DNA from: Macrostomum lignano
Taxonomy: Eukaryota
DNA length: 64,000 nucleotides
Direction: 5' to 3'
Assembly: GCA_002269645.1 (NCBI GenBank)
Contig: NIVC01002913.1
Coordinates: 1-64,000 of the forward strand
The position numbers and the translations under genes were made by a program. The notes under the pieces were generated by a model that saw only the letters and a program-made list of their open reading frames with translations, made no database searches and was not told the DNA's origin. How positions within the stretch are numbered: position 1 is the first letter of the stretch; each line of letters opens with the position of its first letter. Of this stretch, positions 23,900 to 37,000 are shown piece by piece.

Positions 23900-24343
23900 G
23901 TGGACCGGCCTATCCGATTAGATCACGTGATGCACTCAGTTCTATCAGCCAATCAGCAAGTTGACCGGGTGGCCGCGGTCGGCTCAATGTGCGCCCTGCT
24001 GACCCGCTGCGGCCGAGTCTGGGTCTGGGGCTACGGCCGGCTTGGCCTCGGGCCGGACGTCACCCAGCTGGCCGAGCCAAGGCCAATTCCGGACGGTCTG
24101 TTCGGCCGGACGCAGTTGGCTAAAGATGTGCGCATTGTCCAGCTGGACGCGGGCATGTACCATTTTGCCGCAGTCACCAATAGCGGCTCGCTGTACACCT
24201 GGGGAGATCAACGGTCGGGCAGTCTGGGCCTCGGTCACGACGACAACCAGTGCTTCCCGCTGCAGGTGTCCCTGGCCTGCCGGGTGCAGTGGACTCGATG
24301 CGGCGTTGATCACACTATCATTTGCGGCACCGCATTTGCCTGA
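23900..24343 (+). CDS. RCC1L: RCC1L terminal coding exon
   Basis: VWVWGYGRLGLGP, LDAGMYHFAAVTNSGSLYTWG, GSLGLGHDDNQCFPLQV, CGVDHT. Phase-0 acceptor CAG at 23897-23899. The spliced product is about 479 aa. Confidence 0.9.
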   Translation: MDRPIRLDHVMHSVLSANQQVDRVAAVGSMCALLTRCGRVWVWGYGRLGLGPDVTQLAEPRPIPDGLFGRTQLAKDVRIVQLDAGMYHFAAVTNSGSLYTWGDQRSGSLGLGHDDNQCFPLQVSLACRVQWTRCGVDHTIICGTAFA

Positions 24344-24419
24344 CCTGCTTGGTTAATACCTGGCATTTTGGCTCAGCTTTTGTGTGATTTTGGCAGTTGT
24401 GTGAACTCGATTGCAGTCA

Positions 24420-24720
24420 ACTGGATTCACGCAACTGTGTATGCATTGCAACTGGGTTCACACAACTGTCGTATGTATTGCAACTGGGTTCACACAACTG
24501 TCGTATGTATTGCAACTGTGTTCACACACTGTTGTATGGATTGCAACTGGGTTCACACAACTGTGTATGCATTGCAACTGAGTTCACACAACTGTGTATG
24601 CATTGCAACTGTGTTCACACACTGTTGTATGGGTTGCAACTGGGTTCACACAACTGTCGTATGGATTGCAACTGGGTTCACACAACTGTCGTATGGATTG
24701 CAACTGAGTTCACACACTGT
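24420..24720. repeat. 32-bp minisatellite (GCAACTGGGTTCACACAACTGTCGTATGTATT)
   Basis: About 9 units just 3' of the RCC1L stop codon. Confidence 0.9.
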
Positions 24721-25489
24721 TTTATGTTGGTGTTCTTACAAAAATTTAGATTTGCTCTGTCAGAAACTACTCGTACTTGCAGAGCAACTAGACTTGTACA
24801 GTCTATACAATTATCAGACCTATAATAATAAAACTGTGAAGTTTGCCCAGAGCCCTGTTATCATGCTGCGCCCAAATCGTCAGTGTTATCTCGTGCTAGC
24901 AAATTCTATTAAAAGCAGCAGTTACCTAATTGCTATTTATGCATTTTGGCGAATTCTGATAAGTTTAGTCCTGTTTAAACTCATTTTTTGAAAATAAAAT
25001 TTCTTACTGGCTGGTTTAAGTAGCAAAGTGAGAATTTTATTTTAAAATAAGTTTCAATTTATTTATATATTTAAATGAGTTCCGAGTTAAGTTAATTTGC
25101 TGTCCCAATTTTTGATGAGGCTAAAATAGCGCAAGCCAAATTTTAATGCAATTATTCAGTTGGTCATGCAAATTTAATTATCTTAATTGATCAGTGGCGC
25201 TAGAATAAAAACTTCCTTGACTTTTAGCAAAGTAAAACGATTGTGTTCTTTACCTGGGTGGCAACGTATGGCTCTTAACAATATTGAATTATTGATTTGA
25301 CATTTCTCGTCAATTTAGTTACGATGGGCATATTTTGAGAACGGAAGAAGCCATTTCGTTCTCGTTCAAGTATCTAACACAAGTAATTCTGCCTTTTTTA
25401 GATATTGAAACTTTTTAAGAAAAAGTAAGATAGTAGAATTTCTCCCTTTTATCAGCACTTTCGATAGGGACAGCTGAAGCAGAAGGCCG

Positions 25490-25790
25490 CTGCACTCGAA
25501 AACCGTGCAGATTTCGCTGCGAACTGCACTGGCGAGGTGGGAAGTTTCCAGTTCTTCAGCACTGAATTCCCAATATCTCACCTGCTGGACTCCCGAATTG
25601 CAGATGCAGCCAGCAGGTGTTTTGTCCGAGCTGCGCTCACAAGTTTATCAAGCTGCTTTTTCATGAACTGCTGCCGGAGACCGGCAAGCAAGCAAAGTTG
25701 CGGCGAAATTGCAGCTGCTCCTGTCTCTGCAGTGTTTTGTCTGGACGGATTTGTCTATGGCCAAACCCCAGTCAGCGCTGTGCAGAAAAA
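25490..25790. repeat. Partial copy of the foldback element at 53172-54083
   Basis: Reverse complement of ~53780-54083, with near-identical text. Confidence 0.8.
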
Positions 25791-27049
25791 CGAATCATTG
25801 GAAGTTCAGTTGAGATATCGGGAGTTCAGTGCTGAAAAATTTCAGCGGCGTTCTACTTGAGTTTTCTGTACAAAGCAAATTATAACCAATTTGTTCACCT
25901 TTTCTGCATATCCTGACTTTCAGTCGGTTATGTGTCATCACTCCCGCTTCTACTCGTAATTACAGGTTCTGGAATTTTTAACAAAAGCTTTAAAACAGGA
26001 AAAAATCATAGCCTATGTCTAACTCCTACCTCAAATTTTCTTCTGGCTGGGTTTCCTCCAGTTAAGATAACAACCATTTATCATGGCGATGATCGCAATG
26101 TGTATAATTATTAATATGCGACATGTAAAGCAACATCATTTGTGTGCTTTTGCCATGCTAAGTTAGAAAACGGAGACATCCAAAGCTGAGATCCTATAGA
26201 GCAGAGACGGCTTGGGCCATAGACAACACAGATTTCTGACTGAGAAACTCGACTGAGAGATCAGCAAGCCTAGAATTAAGCATCCAAACTTAGAAAATAT
26301 GTTTAATCCCCGCTTTGGCCCGGCCAGCTGCCTATCTTCTCTGTGTATTTCATTTCTTGGACTCCAAGAAATAATTGTCTATGGCTAAAAAACATTATTT
26401 AAATGAGTTGAGGCTCCCATCAGGCGTTTCTTGGAGGCCAAGAAATAATTGTCTATGGTAGAAACACAAAGATGCTGTTGTACTTTTGAAACAAGACCGG
26501 TTTCACAACACTGAATAGCAACAAATGGGGATCGAAAGTGAAAAATCTAACTCTCAACTCTTACGGAGACTGATTCGAGTAGCGTCCAGTGTCAGAGGGA
26601 GCAACCACGGCCACGGCGTCCTTGACGACGGTTGCCAATGAATGACGTCCAATTGAAGAGCGGCTTCAATAGGTCCAGCGTTATCCCCAAGCTTCAGGAT
26701 GAAATCCAGTAGGTCCGGCGAAATCTCCATATCCGGGGCTTCAACAACGACAGCAGCAGAGATGTCACCCATATTCGGTACCAAGCTACACACAACTGAA
26801 GCTTTTCTGATCTTACACAGAATATTCGGCTTTATAGAGCTTTATAGCCTTTATAGTCTAGTATATGGCCAAGGCTTAGTCTCATTTCCTCCCGCTGGCT
26901 GCGGCAATTAAATATTATAATCCCCACTTGATTTCGTTTCTTTGGCCTAGGAACGGCTGAGGACTGCGTTTCTAGGCCGAGGCGAGGCCTTAGACTTCTG
27001 TTGCTAATTCTAATTAATTACTCTTTCACTTGAGTTTCTGAGTCAGGAA

Positions 27050-27800
27050 TCTGCGTGTTGTCCATGGCCAAAGTATCAACCTATCTGCGTGTTGTCTATG
27101 GCTCAACCTATCTGCGTGTTGTCTATGGCCCAACCTGTCAACCTATCTGCGCGTTGTCTAATGACCCAACCTATCAACCTATCTGCGCGTTGTCTAATGA
27201 CCCAACCTATCAACCTATCTGCGTGTTGTCTATGGCCCAACCTGTCAACCTATCTGCGTGTTGTCTAATGGCCCAACCTATCAACCTATCTGCGCGTTGT
27301 CTAATGACCCAACCTATCAACCTATCTGCGTGTTGTCTAATGGCCCAACCTATCAACCTATCTGCGTGTTGTCTATGGCCCAACCTATCAACCTATCTGC
27401 GCGTTGTCTCATGACCCAACCTATCAACCTATCTGCGTGTTGTCTAATGGCCCAACCTATCAACCTATCTGCGTGTTGTCTAATGGCCCAACCTATCAAC
27501 CTATCTGCGCGTTGTCTAATGACCCAACCTATCAACCTATCTGCGTGTTGTCTATGGCCCAACCTGTCAACCTATCTGCGCGTTGTCTAATGGCCCAACC
27601 TATCAACCTATCTGCGCGTTGTCTAATGACCCAACCTATCAACCTATCTGCGTGTTGTCTATGGCCCAACCTGTCAACCTATCTGCGCGTTGTCTAATGA
27701 CCCAACATATCAACCTATCTGTGTGTTGTCTATGACCCAACCTATCAACCTATCTGTGTTGTCTATGACCCAATCTATCAATCTATCTTTTGTCGTCTAT
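27050..27800. repeat. 35/36-bp minisatellite (CAACCTATCAACCTATCTGCGTGTTGTCTAATGGCC)
   Basis: About 20 tandem units. Confidence 0.95.
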
Positions 27801-28097
27801 GGTCCAAACTCTAATTTTATTATACCTATTGAGATTTTACGAACGTATATTTTGGAGAAATCTAGCTAAATGTATAAGTCATTGTATTTTGGCTGTATAG
27901 CTATCTCGTAAAACTGTGTTCACTAGAAAGTTCACAGGCCTATCTGTTAACCTGTGTTCACTTGAAGGTTGAACGATGAACGTTTGTTAGCCCATACGTG
28001 TAAGTGTTTGAGGATGTAATCGGATACTTGGAAGGCCTGTTGAATTTGTAACACGCAAAACAGGCCGTGCTGCCCTGCATAGTAGAATTAAATATGC

Positions 28098-31000
28098 ACG
28101 AGGCCAACTCCTCCGTTGGCGGAGTAAGGGGATAGAACTCCCATCGCCAGAATTTCATTCCCTGAAATCCATCAGCTAAATCCAATGACACGAATCCCAT
28201 CGTCCAAATCCTCTCCAAATCCTCTATTAACCTCCCAAAAACCATGTTGTTTTACCTGTTAGCAAAAATTGACTGCCTGCCATTGTCCAGACTGAGACTC
28301 TCGTCTGTCCCTCTCTCCTCTTTGCTCTCTCATCTCTAATCTCTCCTATCTCCTCTCTGCTCTCATCTGCTCGTTTATCAATCATTTCTCATCTCATCTC
28401 TCATCTCTCATCTCTACTCTCTTATCTCTCCTTTCTGCGCTCTCATATCTACTCTCTTCTTTCTCCTCACTACTTTCTCCTCTCTACTTTTTCCTCTCTC
28501 CTCTTTTATCTCTTCTCTCTCCTCTCCTTTATCTCCTCTCTGCTCTCTCATCTCTCCACTTTCTCCCCTCTCCTTTCTCCCTTATCCTCTCGCTTCTCTC
28601 TCCTCTCTCTCCCCTCATCTCTACTCATTTATCTCTTCTCTCTCGTCTTTTGGCTCTACTCCCTCCTGTCTCCTCTTTCTCCTCTCTTACCCCTTCTCCT
28701 CTCTCCTCTCAATTCCCTCATCTCTTCTCTCGCCTTTATTCTCTTTTTCTTTTCTTTAATTTGTCCCTTTTGATTCTCTCTTTTCATGTTCTCTTTCATC
28801 TAATTATTTATCTACTCTTTCCTTTTCTCTTTTCTCTATTCCCTTTCATTTAGCCATTTCATCCTCTCCATGAAACAGATATCATCAAAATCATTTTCGT
28901 TAAATGCAATCCAGCGTGTATCATCTCCTTCAAGCTACAATCCATCAATTTAAAAAATATTATCTCTATCAAATTTCAGTCACTCAAGACTATGAAACTG
29001 AAGTCTATAAAAATATGCTTTTTACTTGTCTAGGTATACGTCAAAAAATTTAAAAAATCCTCCATAAAACCTCTGATATATCATAGCATGTTTTCCCTGT
29101 TTGCAAAAATTGACTGCCATCGTCCAGACTGAGACTCTCTCCTGTCTCCTCTCTCCTCTTTGCTCCTTTATCTAATCTCTTCTCTCTGCTCTCATCTTCT
29201 CTCTCCTCTCTACTCTTACTTTCTTATCAATCACCTCCTATCTCTCATCTCTCCTCTCTGCGCTCTCTATTTTCTCATCTCTATTCTCTCATCTTTCCCC
29301 TCTCCTCTCTACCGTCTCCTGTCTCATCTCTCCTCTCTCTTCTATCTCCTCTGTACTCTCTTATCCCTCCTCTCTCCTCCCATCTTTCCTCCCTCCTTTG
29401 CTCTCTCATTTTCCTCTCCCCTCCTTTCTTCCCTCTACATTCTCTTCTCTTCACTTTCCCTCTTCATCATTCCTGCCTCACTCCCCTCTTCTCTCCCCTC
29501 TTTCGTCGACGGACTGAAAGCACCGATATAATTAAACCAATTGAAATTTGTCACCCGCCTCCTCCATTACTGAAATTACTCAAATGACAGCTGGCTTGAA
29601 TTTCTGTACGCAACCCCCCTCCAAGTACAATCTTGGCAGAAAGTTTAAAAGTATGGAAATCGTTTTTTCAATGCTGTGCTTTTTGTTTTCATATTTAAAG
29701 CAAATAACTTATATCCCCAAACTCAGCGTTGCAAGATCTTTCCAGCAATATAAATTCTCTCCTCTCAAAGCTTAAAACTCGAGGAACAGTTAGCGTTTAA
29801 ACTTCCCGATTTAAAGCATTGAAGTATCTATCGAGTGTACATTCACTGCCTGCTAGCTAGTAAGAGGCTCGCAAGTTTATTCATTGAATTAGCTGCCCAG
29901 CTAAATACACAGTCTTGAAAGACGCCGATAATAAAACCAATTGAATCTCGACACAGTCCTTATCTATCTGTTTACACAGTACATTGCTATGTACACTCAG
30001 CCCAAACCAACCCCCCCTATTCCGGGCCGGGGGGAATCATTAAATTTTACTTCACCCCCAACACGCGGGGTTTTATTAGCATTGAACCCAGAACACGCGT
30101 CACCCACCCCTCCAAAACACAGCGACCCGCGGGAGGAGGTTGGGGTGGTTGTTTTTACAATTATGCCACTACCCCTCCACTGGAGAGGCAAAGTGGCCAA
30201 AGAAGGTTAAGAAAACAGTTTTCTGCTTTTTTAACTGACTTAATTTTGGAAATTTCAACATTAAAATAGCCTATTTGTTGCGTAGGAAAATTCTGGATTG
30301 ATATATATAAGTCCCGCATTTGAGTTGCCAGCCGTCTAGGAGGAGATACGCGTTAAACCCGGCCGGTCGATCGATCCACTCAGCTTTAGATATAACGAGG
30401 CCAACTCCTCCTTCGGAGAAGAAAGGGGAAGAACATCAGCGGAATTCCATTCCCTGAACTCCATCAGCGGAATCCCATTTTCCAACACCTCTCCGCGCAA
30501 CAGAAATCGTCTCCGTGAAACTGAACACTATCGAAATCCTCTCCGTGAAACTGAACACCATCGAAATATTCTCCGCGAAATAGAAATCCTCTCCGTGAAA
30601 CTGGACTAAATCGAAATTTCTACGTCAAACAGCCTAGCTCTCAGAATTCATTGGTTAGGGTTAGGGTTAGGGTTAGAGCTACACACAGCTGCGTGTTGAA
30701 AGGCGCCGTAAAAACATTGAACCAATTAAATTGCGCAACTTATTTCTCAGGCAGTCAGTATCAGCCTCAGTTAAAGTTAACACAAAGATTGCGCAATCTA
30801 AATCAACCCTCCAATACACAGCAACCGACCCCCCTTCCAATACGCAGTGCAGCTAGAAATTGAACCCCCCCTACTAACTATTGGGGGGGGGGGGTCGGTC
30901 GAACCCCCATTGAACTCCAAAATGAGCAAAATCTTTGCAGAAAGCTAAAAGTATGAAAATCTTTTCTTGAATGCTGTGAATTTAATTTTCATATTTAAAG

Positions 31001-34000
31001 CAAAAAACTTATATCCCCGAACTCATCGCAGCAAGATCTTTCCAGCAATATAAGTCTCTCCTCTCTAAGTTCAAAACTCGAGCAACAGTTAGTGTTTGAA
31101 ACTTTCTGATTTTAAGCATTGAAATATCGAGTGTACGTTCACTGCCTGCTAAAGATGCTCGCAAGTTTATGCATTAAAATGCACTGAATTTCACTGTGCA
31201 AAAAATACACAGGGCTTCCTGTTAAAAAACAGAACACAAATAGTTGCGCAATTGTCTATAAAGTCAGCCAGTGAGCCAGGGTCCAATTGTACACACGCCG
31301 CCAATGAGAACGCGCCCATTCCCCCACAGGAGAGAAAATGCACTGGCGACATAGGAAAAAGTTGTGGCGTAATCACTCAAAATTCATGCAAATTTTCAGC
31401 TCCGAGCAGAAAGAGGGTACAATTAAGATTATCAAAGGTCAGAATTGCCGTTTTCTGCTTTTTTAGGGATCTTAAAATGTAAAAATAAAAGATTAAAATA
31501 GCCTAAAGCCATCCTCGGAAAATTTGCAGTTTTCCCACATAAGTTTCAACGCTGACTTGCAAGTATTCTAGGAGGAGTTATCCAACAAACACACACACAC
31601 ACGGACAAACAACGCACCAACTTTAGTATTAACGACGAGGCCAACTCCTCCTTCGGAGAAGAAAGGGGAAGAACTCCAATCAGCGGAATTCCATTCCCTG
31701 AACTCCATCAGCGGAATCCCATTTTCCAACACCTCTCCGCGCAACAGAAATCGTCTCCGTGAAACTGAACACAATCGAAATCCTCTCCGTGAAACTGAAC
31801 ACCATCGAAATATTCTCCGCGAAATAGAAATCCTCTCCGTGAAACTGGACTAAATCGAAATTTCTACGTCAAATAGCCCAGCTCTCAGAATTCATTGGTT
31901 AGGGTTAGGGTTAGGGTTGACAGCTGCGTGTTGAAAGGCGCCGTAAAAACATTGAACCAATTAAATTGCGCAACTTATTTCTCAGGCAGTCAGTATCAGC
32001 CTCAGTTAAAGTTAACAAAAAGATTGCGCAATCTAAATCAACCCTCAAATACACAGCAACCGACCCCCCTTCCAATACGCAGTGCAGCTAGAAATTGAAC
32101 TTCCCCCACCAACTATTGGGGGGTCGGTCGAACCCCCATTGAACTCCAAAATGAGCACAATCTTTGCAGAAAGCTAAAAGTATGAAAATCTTTTTTTGAA
32201 TGCTGTGAATTTAATTTTCATATTTAAAGCAAAAAACTTATATCCCCGAACTCATTGCAGCAAGATCTTTCCAGCAATATAAGTCTCTCCTCTCTAAGTT
32301 CAAAACTCGAGCAACAGTTAGTGTTTGAAACTTTCTGATTTTAAGCATTGAAATATCGAGTGTACGTTCACTGCCTGCTAAAGATGCTCGCAAGTTTATG
32401 CATTAAAATGCACTGAATTTCACTGTGCAAAAAATACACAGGGCTTCCTGTTAAAAAACAGAACACAAATAGTTGCGCAATTGTCTATAAAGTTAGTCAG
32501 TGAGCCAGGGTTCAAGTGTACACACGCAGCCACTGAGAACGCGACCATCCCCCCACTTGAGAGAAAATACACTGCCAAGATAGAAAAATTTTATGGCGCA
32601 ATCACTAAAATTGATGCAAATTTTCAGCTCCAAGCAGAAAGAGGGGACAATTAAGATTATCAAAGGTCAAGACCGCCATTTTCTGCTTTTTTAGGGATCT
32701 TAAAAATTGAAAATGAAAGATTAAAATAGCCTAAAGCCATCCTCGGAAAATTTGCAGTTTTCCCATATAAGTTTCAACGCTGACTTGCAAGTATTCTAGG
32801 AGGAGTTATCCAACAAACACACACACACACAGACAAACAACGCACCAACTTTAGTATTAAGAGTGGAACTCCTCCTTCGGAGGAGAAAGGGGAAGAACTC
32901 CCATCACCGGAATTCCATTCCCTGAAATCCATCAGCTGAAACTCCATGACTTGAATCCCATCTTCCAAATCGTCTCCAAATTCTTTACAAAATTTTGAAA
33001 GACCATAGCTCAAAGACTCTCACGTCTCTCATATCTCCTCTCTCCTCTCTTCGCTATTATCGTGACTCTCTTCTCTCTCCTCTCTCTCCTCTCATCTCTA
33101 CCCCTACTCCCTTATTTATATCTTCTCCCTGGTCTTTCGTCTCTACTCTCTCCTGTCTCATTTCTCCCCTCTTTTCTCCTCTCTTCTCTCTCCCCTCTCC
33201 TCCCTCATCCCTCATCCTTCATCTCACTCTTTCTTTCTTCTCTACTCTCCCCTCTCATCTATTTCCCCTGTACGCTCTTATCCCTCATCTCTATTCTCTC
33301 TCCTATCATCTCTCCAAATTCTTTACAAAACCTTTCAAAGACCATAGCTCAAAGACTCTCACGTCTCTCATATCTCCTCTCTCATATCTCTTCCCTCATC
33401 TCACTCTTTCTTTCTCCTCTACTCTCCCCTCTCTTCTATTTCCTCTGTACGCTCTTATCCGTCATCTATTCTCTTTCCTATTATCTCTCTTGTCTCCCTC
33501 TGCTATCTCATATCTCCCCTCTCATCTCCTCTCTCCTCTTCTCTTCTCTCTCCCTCTTCGTTTCCGCCTTACTCCCCTCTTCTCTTCCATCGGTCATGTC
33601 TAATCTATCCACTCATTTCTACTCTGTTTTATACCATCTCATGTCTCTTCTCTTTTTGATCTTCTCTTTACTCTCTTTTATGACTGATTGAAGATGCCAA
33701 ATCTATCAAGATCCTCTCCGCGAAGCAGAAATCCTCTCCGTGAAACTGAAAACCATTGAAATCCTCTCCGCGAAACAGAAATCCTCTCCGTGAAACTGAA
33801 AACCATCGAAATTATCTCTTTAAAACTGGACTCAATCGAAATTTTCTCCGTCAAAAAGAATAAAATATTAGGATTCATTGGTTAGGGTTATTGTTAGGGT
33901 TAGGGTTAGGGTTAGAGCTACACACAGCTGCGTGTTTAAATAAAAAATTGAGCCAATTGAATCAATTGATAGCGCAACCGATTTCAAAGTCAGTCAGTAT

Positions 34001-37000
34001 CAGTCTCAGGTAAAGTGAACAAAAAGATTGCGCAATTTAAATCAACCCTCCAGTACACAGAGACCGGCCCCTTTTCAATACGCAGTGGCAGTTAGAAATT
34101 GAACCCGGGTGTTGGGGCATTGAACTAAAAATGAGTACAATCTTTGCAGAAAGCTAAAAGTATGGAAATAGTTTTTGTATGCTGTGTTTTTAGTCTTTAT
34201 ATTTAAAGCAAACAATTTATATCCCCGAACTCAGCGTTGCAAGATCTTTCCAGCAATATAAGTCTCTTCTTTCAAAGTTTAAAACTCGAGGAACAGTTAG
34301 CGTTTGAAACTGTCTGATTTATAGCATTGAAGTATCGAGTGTACGTTCACTGCCTGCTTGCAAGTTGATGCATTGAATTTCAATGTCCAACAAATACACA
34401 GGACTGCCCATTGAAAGGCAGGAAAACTTATCAGTAGCCATATCATTGCGCAATTATCTATACAGTCAGCCAGTGAGCCAGGGTCCAAGTGTACACACGC
34501 AGCCACTGAGAACGCTCCCACCCCCCACTGGAAAGAAAATGCACTGCATAGATAGGGAAAAGTTGTGGCGCAATCACTTGAAATCATGAAATTTTCAGCT
34601 CCAAGCAGAAAGAGGGGACAATTAAGATTATCAAAGGTCAAGACCGCCGTTTTCTGCTTTTTTGAGGATCTTAGAAATTAAAATTTCAGAATTAAAATAG
34701 CCTATAGCCGACCTCGGATAATTTCCAATCTTCCCATATAAGTTTCAACGCTGAGTTGCCACTATTCAAGGAGGAGTTGTCGAAATGACACACACACACA
34801 CACACACACACAGACAGACAGACAAACAACACGTCAACTTTAGTATATATAGACGAGGCCAACTCCTCCTTCGGAGAAGAAAGGGGAAGAACTCCAATCA
34901 GCGGAATTCCATTCCCTGAACTCCATAAGCGGAATCCCATTTTCCAACACCTCTCCGCGCAACAGAAATCGTCTCCGTGAAACTGAACACTATCGAAATC
35001 CTCTCCGTGAAACTGAACACCATCGAAATATTCTCCGCGAAATAGAAATCCTCTCCGTGAAACTGGACTAAATCGAAATTTCTACGTCAAATAGCCCAGC
35101 TCTCAGAATTCATTGGTTAGGGTTAGGGTTAGGGTTGACAGCTGCGTGTTGAAAGGCGCCGTAAAAACATTGAACCAATTAAATTGCGCAACTTATTTCT
35201 CAGGCAGTCAGTATCAGCCTCAGTTAAAGTTAACAAAAAGATTGCGCAATCTAAATCAACCCTCAAATACACAGCAACCGACCCCCCTTCCAATACGCAG
35301 TGCAGCTAGAAATTGAACTCCCCCCCACCAACTATTGGGGGTCGGTCGAACCCCCATTGAACTCCAAAATGAGAACAATCTTTGCAGAAAGCTAAAAGTA
35401 TGAAAATCTTTTCTTGAATGCTGTGAATTTAATTTTCATATTTAAAGCAAAAAACTTATATCCCCGAACTCATTGCAGCAAGATCTTTCCAGCAATATAA
35501 GTCTCTCCTCTCTAAGTTCAAAACTCGAGCAACAGTTAGTGTTTGAAACTTTCTGATTTTAAGCATTGAAATATCGAGTGTACGTTCACTGCCTGCTAAA
35601 GATGCTCGCAAGTTTATGCATTAAAATGCACTGAATTTCACTGTGCAAAAAATACACAGGGCTTCCTGTTAAAAAACAGAACACAAATAGTTGCGCAATT
35701 GTCTATAAAGTCAGTCAGTGAGCCAGGGTTCAAGTGTACACACGCAGCCACTGAGAACGCGACCATCCCCCACTTGAGAGAAAATACACTGCCAAGATAG
35801 AAAAATTTTATGGCGCAATCACTAAAATTGATGCAAATTTTCAGCTCCAAGCAGAAAGAGGGGACAATTAAGATTATCAAAGGTCAAGACCGCCATTTTC
35901 TGCTTTTTTAGGGATCTTAAAATGTAAAAATAAAAGATTAAAATAGCCTAAAGCCATCCTCGGAAAATTTGCAGTTTTCCCACATAAGTTTCAACGCTGA
36001 CTTGCAAGTATTCTAGGAGGTACACAGGGCTTCCTGTTAAAAAACAGAACACAAATAGTTGCGCAATTGTCTATAAAGTCAGTCAGTGAGCCAGGGTTCA
36101 AGTGTACACACGCAGCCACTGAGAACGCGACCATCCCCCCACTTGAGAGAAAATACACTGCCAAGATAGAAAAATTTTATGGCGCAATCACTAAAATTGA
36201 TGCAAATTTTCAGCTCCAAGCAGAAAGAGGGGACAATTAAGATTATCAAAGGTCAAGACCGCCATTTTCTGCTTTTTTAGGGATCTTAAAATGTAAAAAT
36301 AAAAGATTAAAATAGCCTAAAGCCATCCTCGGAAAATTTGCAGTTTTTCCACATAAGTTTCAACGCTGACTTGCAAGTATTCTAGGAGGAGTTATCCAAC
36401 AAACACACACACACACAGACAAACAACGCACCAACTTTATTATTAACGAGGCCAACTCCTCCTTCGGAGAAGAAAGGGGAAGAACTCCAATCAGCGGAAT
36501 TCCATTCCCTGAACTCCATCAGCGGAATCCCATTTTCCAACACCTCTCCGCGCAACAGAAATCGTCTCCGTGAAACTGAACACTATCGAAATCCTCTCCG
36601 TGAAACTGAACACCATCGAAATATTCTCCGCGAAATAGAAATCCTCTCCGTGAAACTGGACTAAATCGAAATTTCTACGTCAAACAGCCTAGCTCTCAGA
36701 ATTCATTGGTTAGGGTTAGGGTTAGGGTTAGAGCTACACACAGCTGCGTGTTGAAAGGCGCCGTAAAAACATTGAACCAATTAAATTGCGCAACTTATTT
36801 CTCAGGCAGTCAGTATCAGCCTCAGTTAAAGTTAACAAAAGATTGCGCAATCTAAATCAACCCTCCAATACACAGCAACCGACCCCCCTTCCAATACGCA
36901 GTGCAGCTAGAAATTGAACCCCCCCCACCAACTATTGGGGGGTCGGTCGAACCCCCATTGAACTCCAAAATGAGAACAATCTTTGCAGAAAGCTAAAAGT

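Noticed and set aside
26554-26793. 79-aa minus-strand ORF in a GC-richer patch
   Set aside because: I recognise no motif and could not assign confident splice partners.
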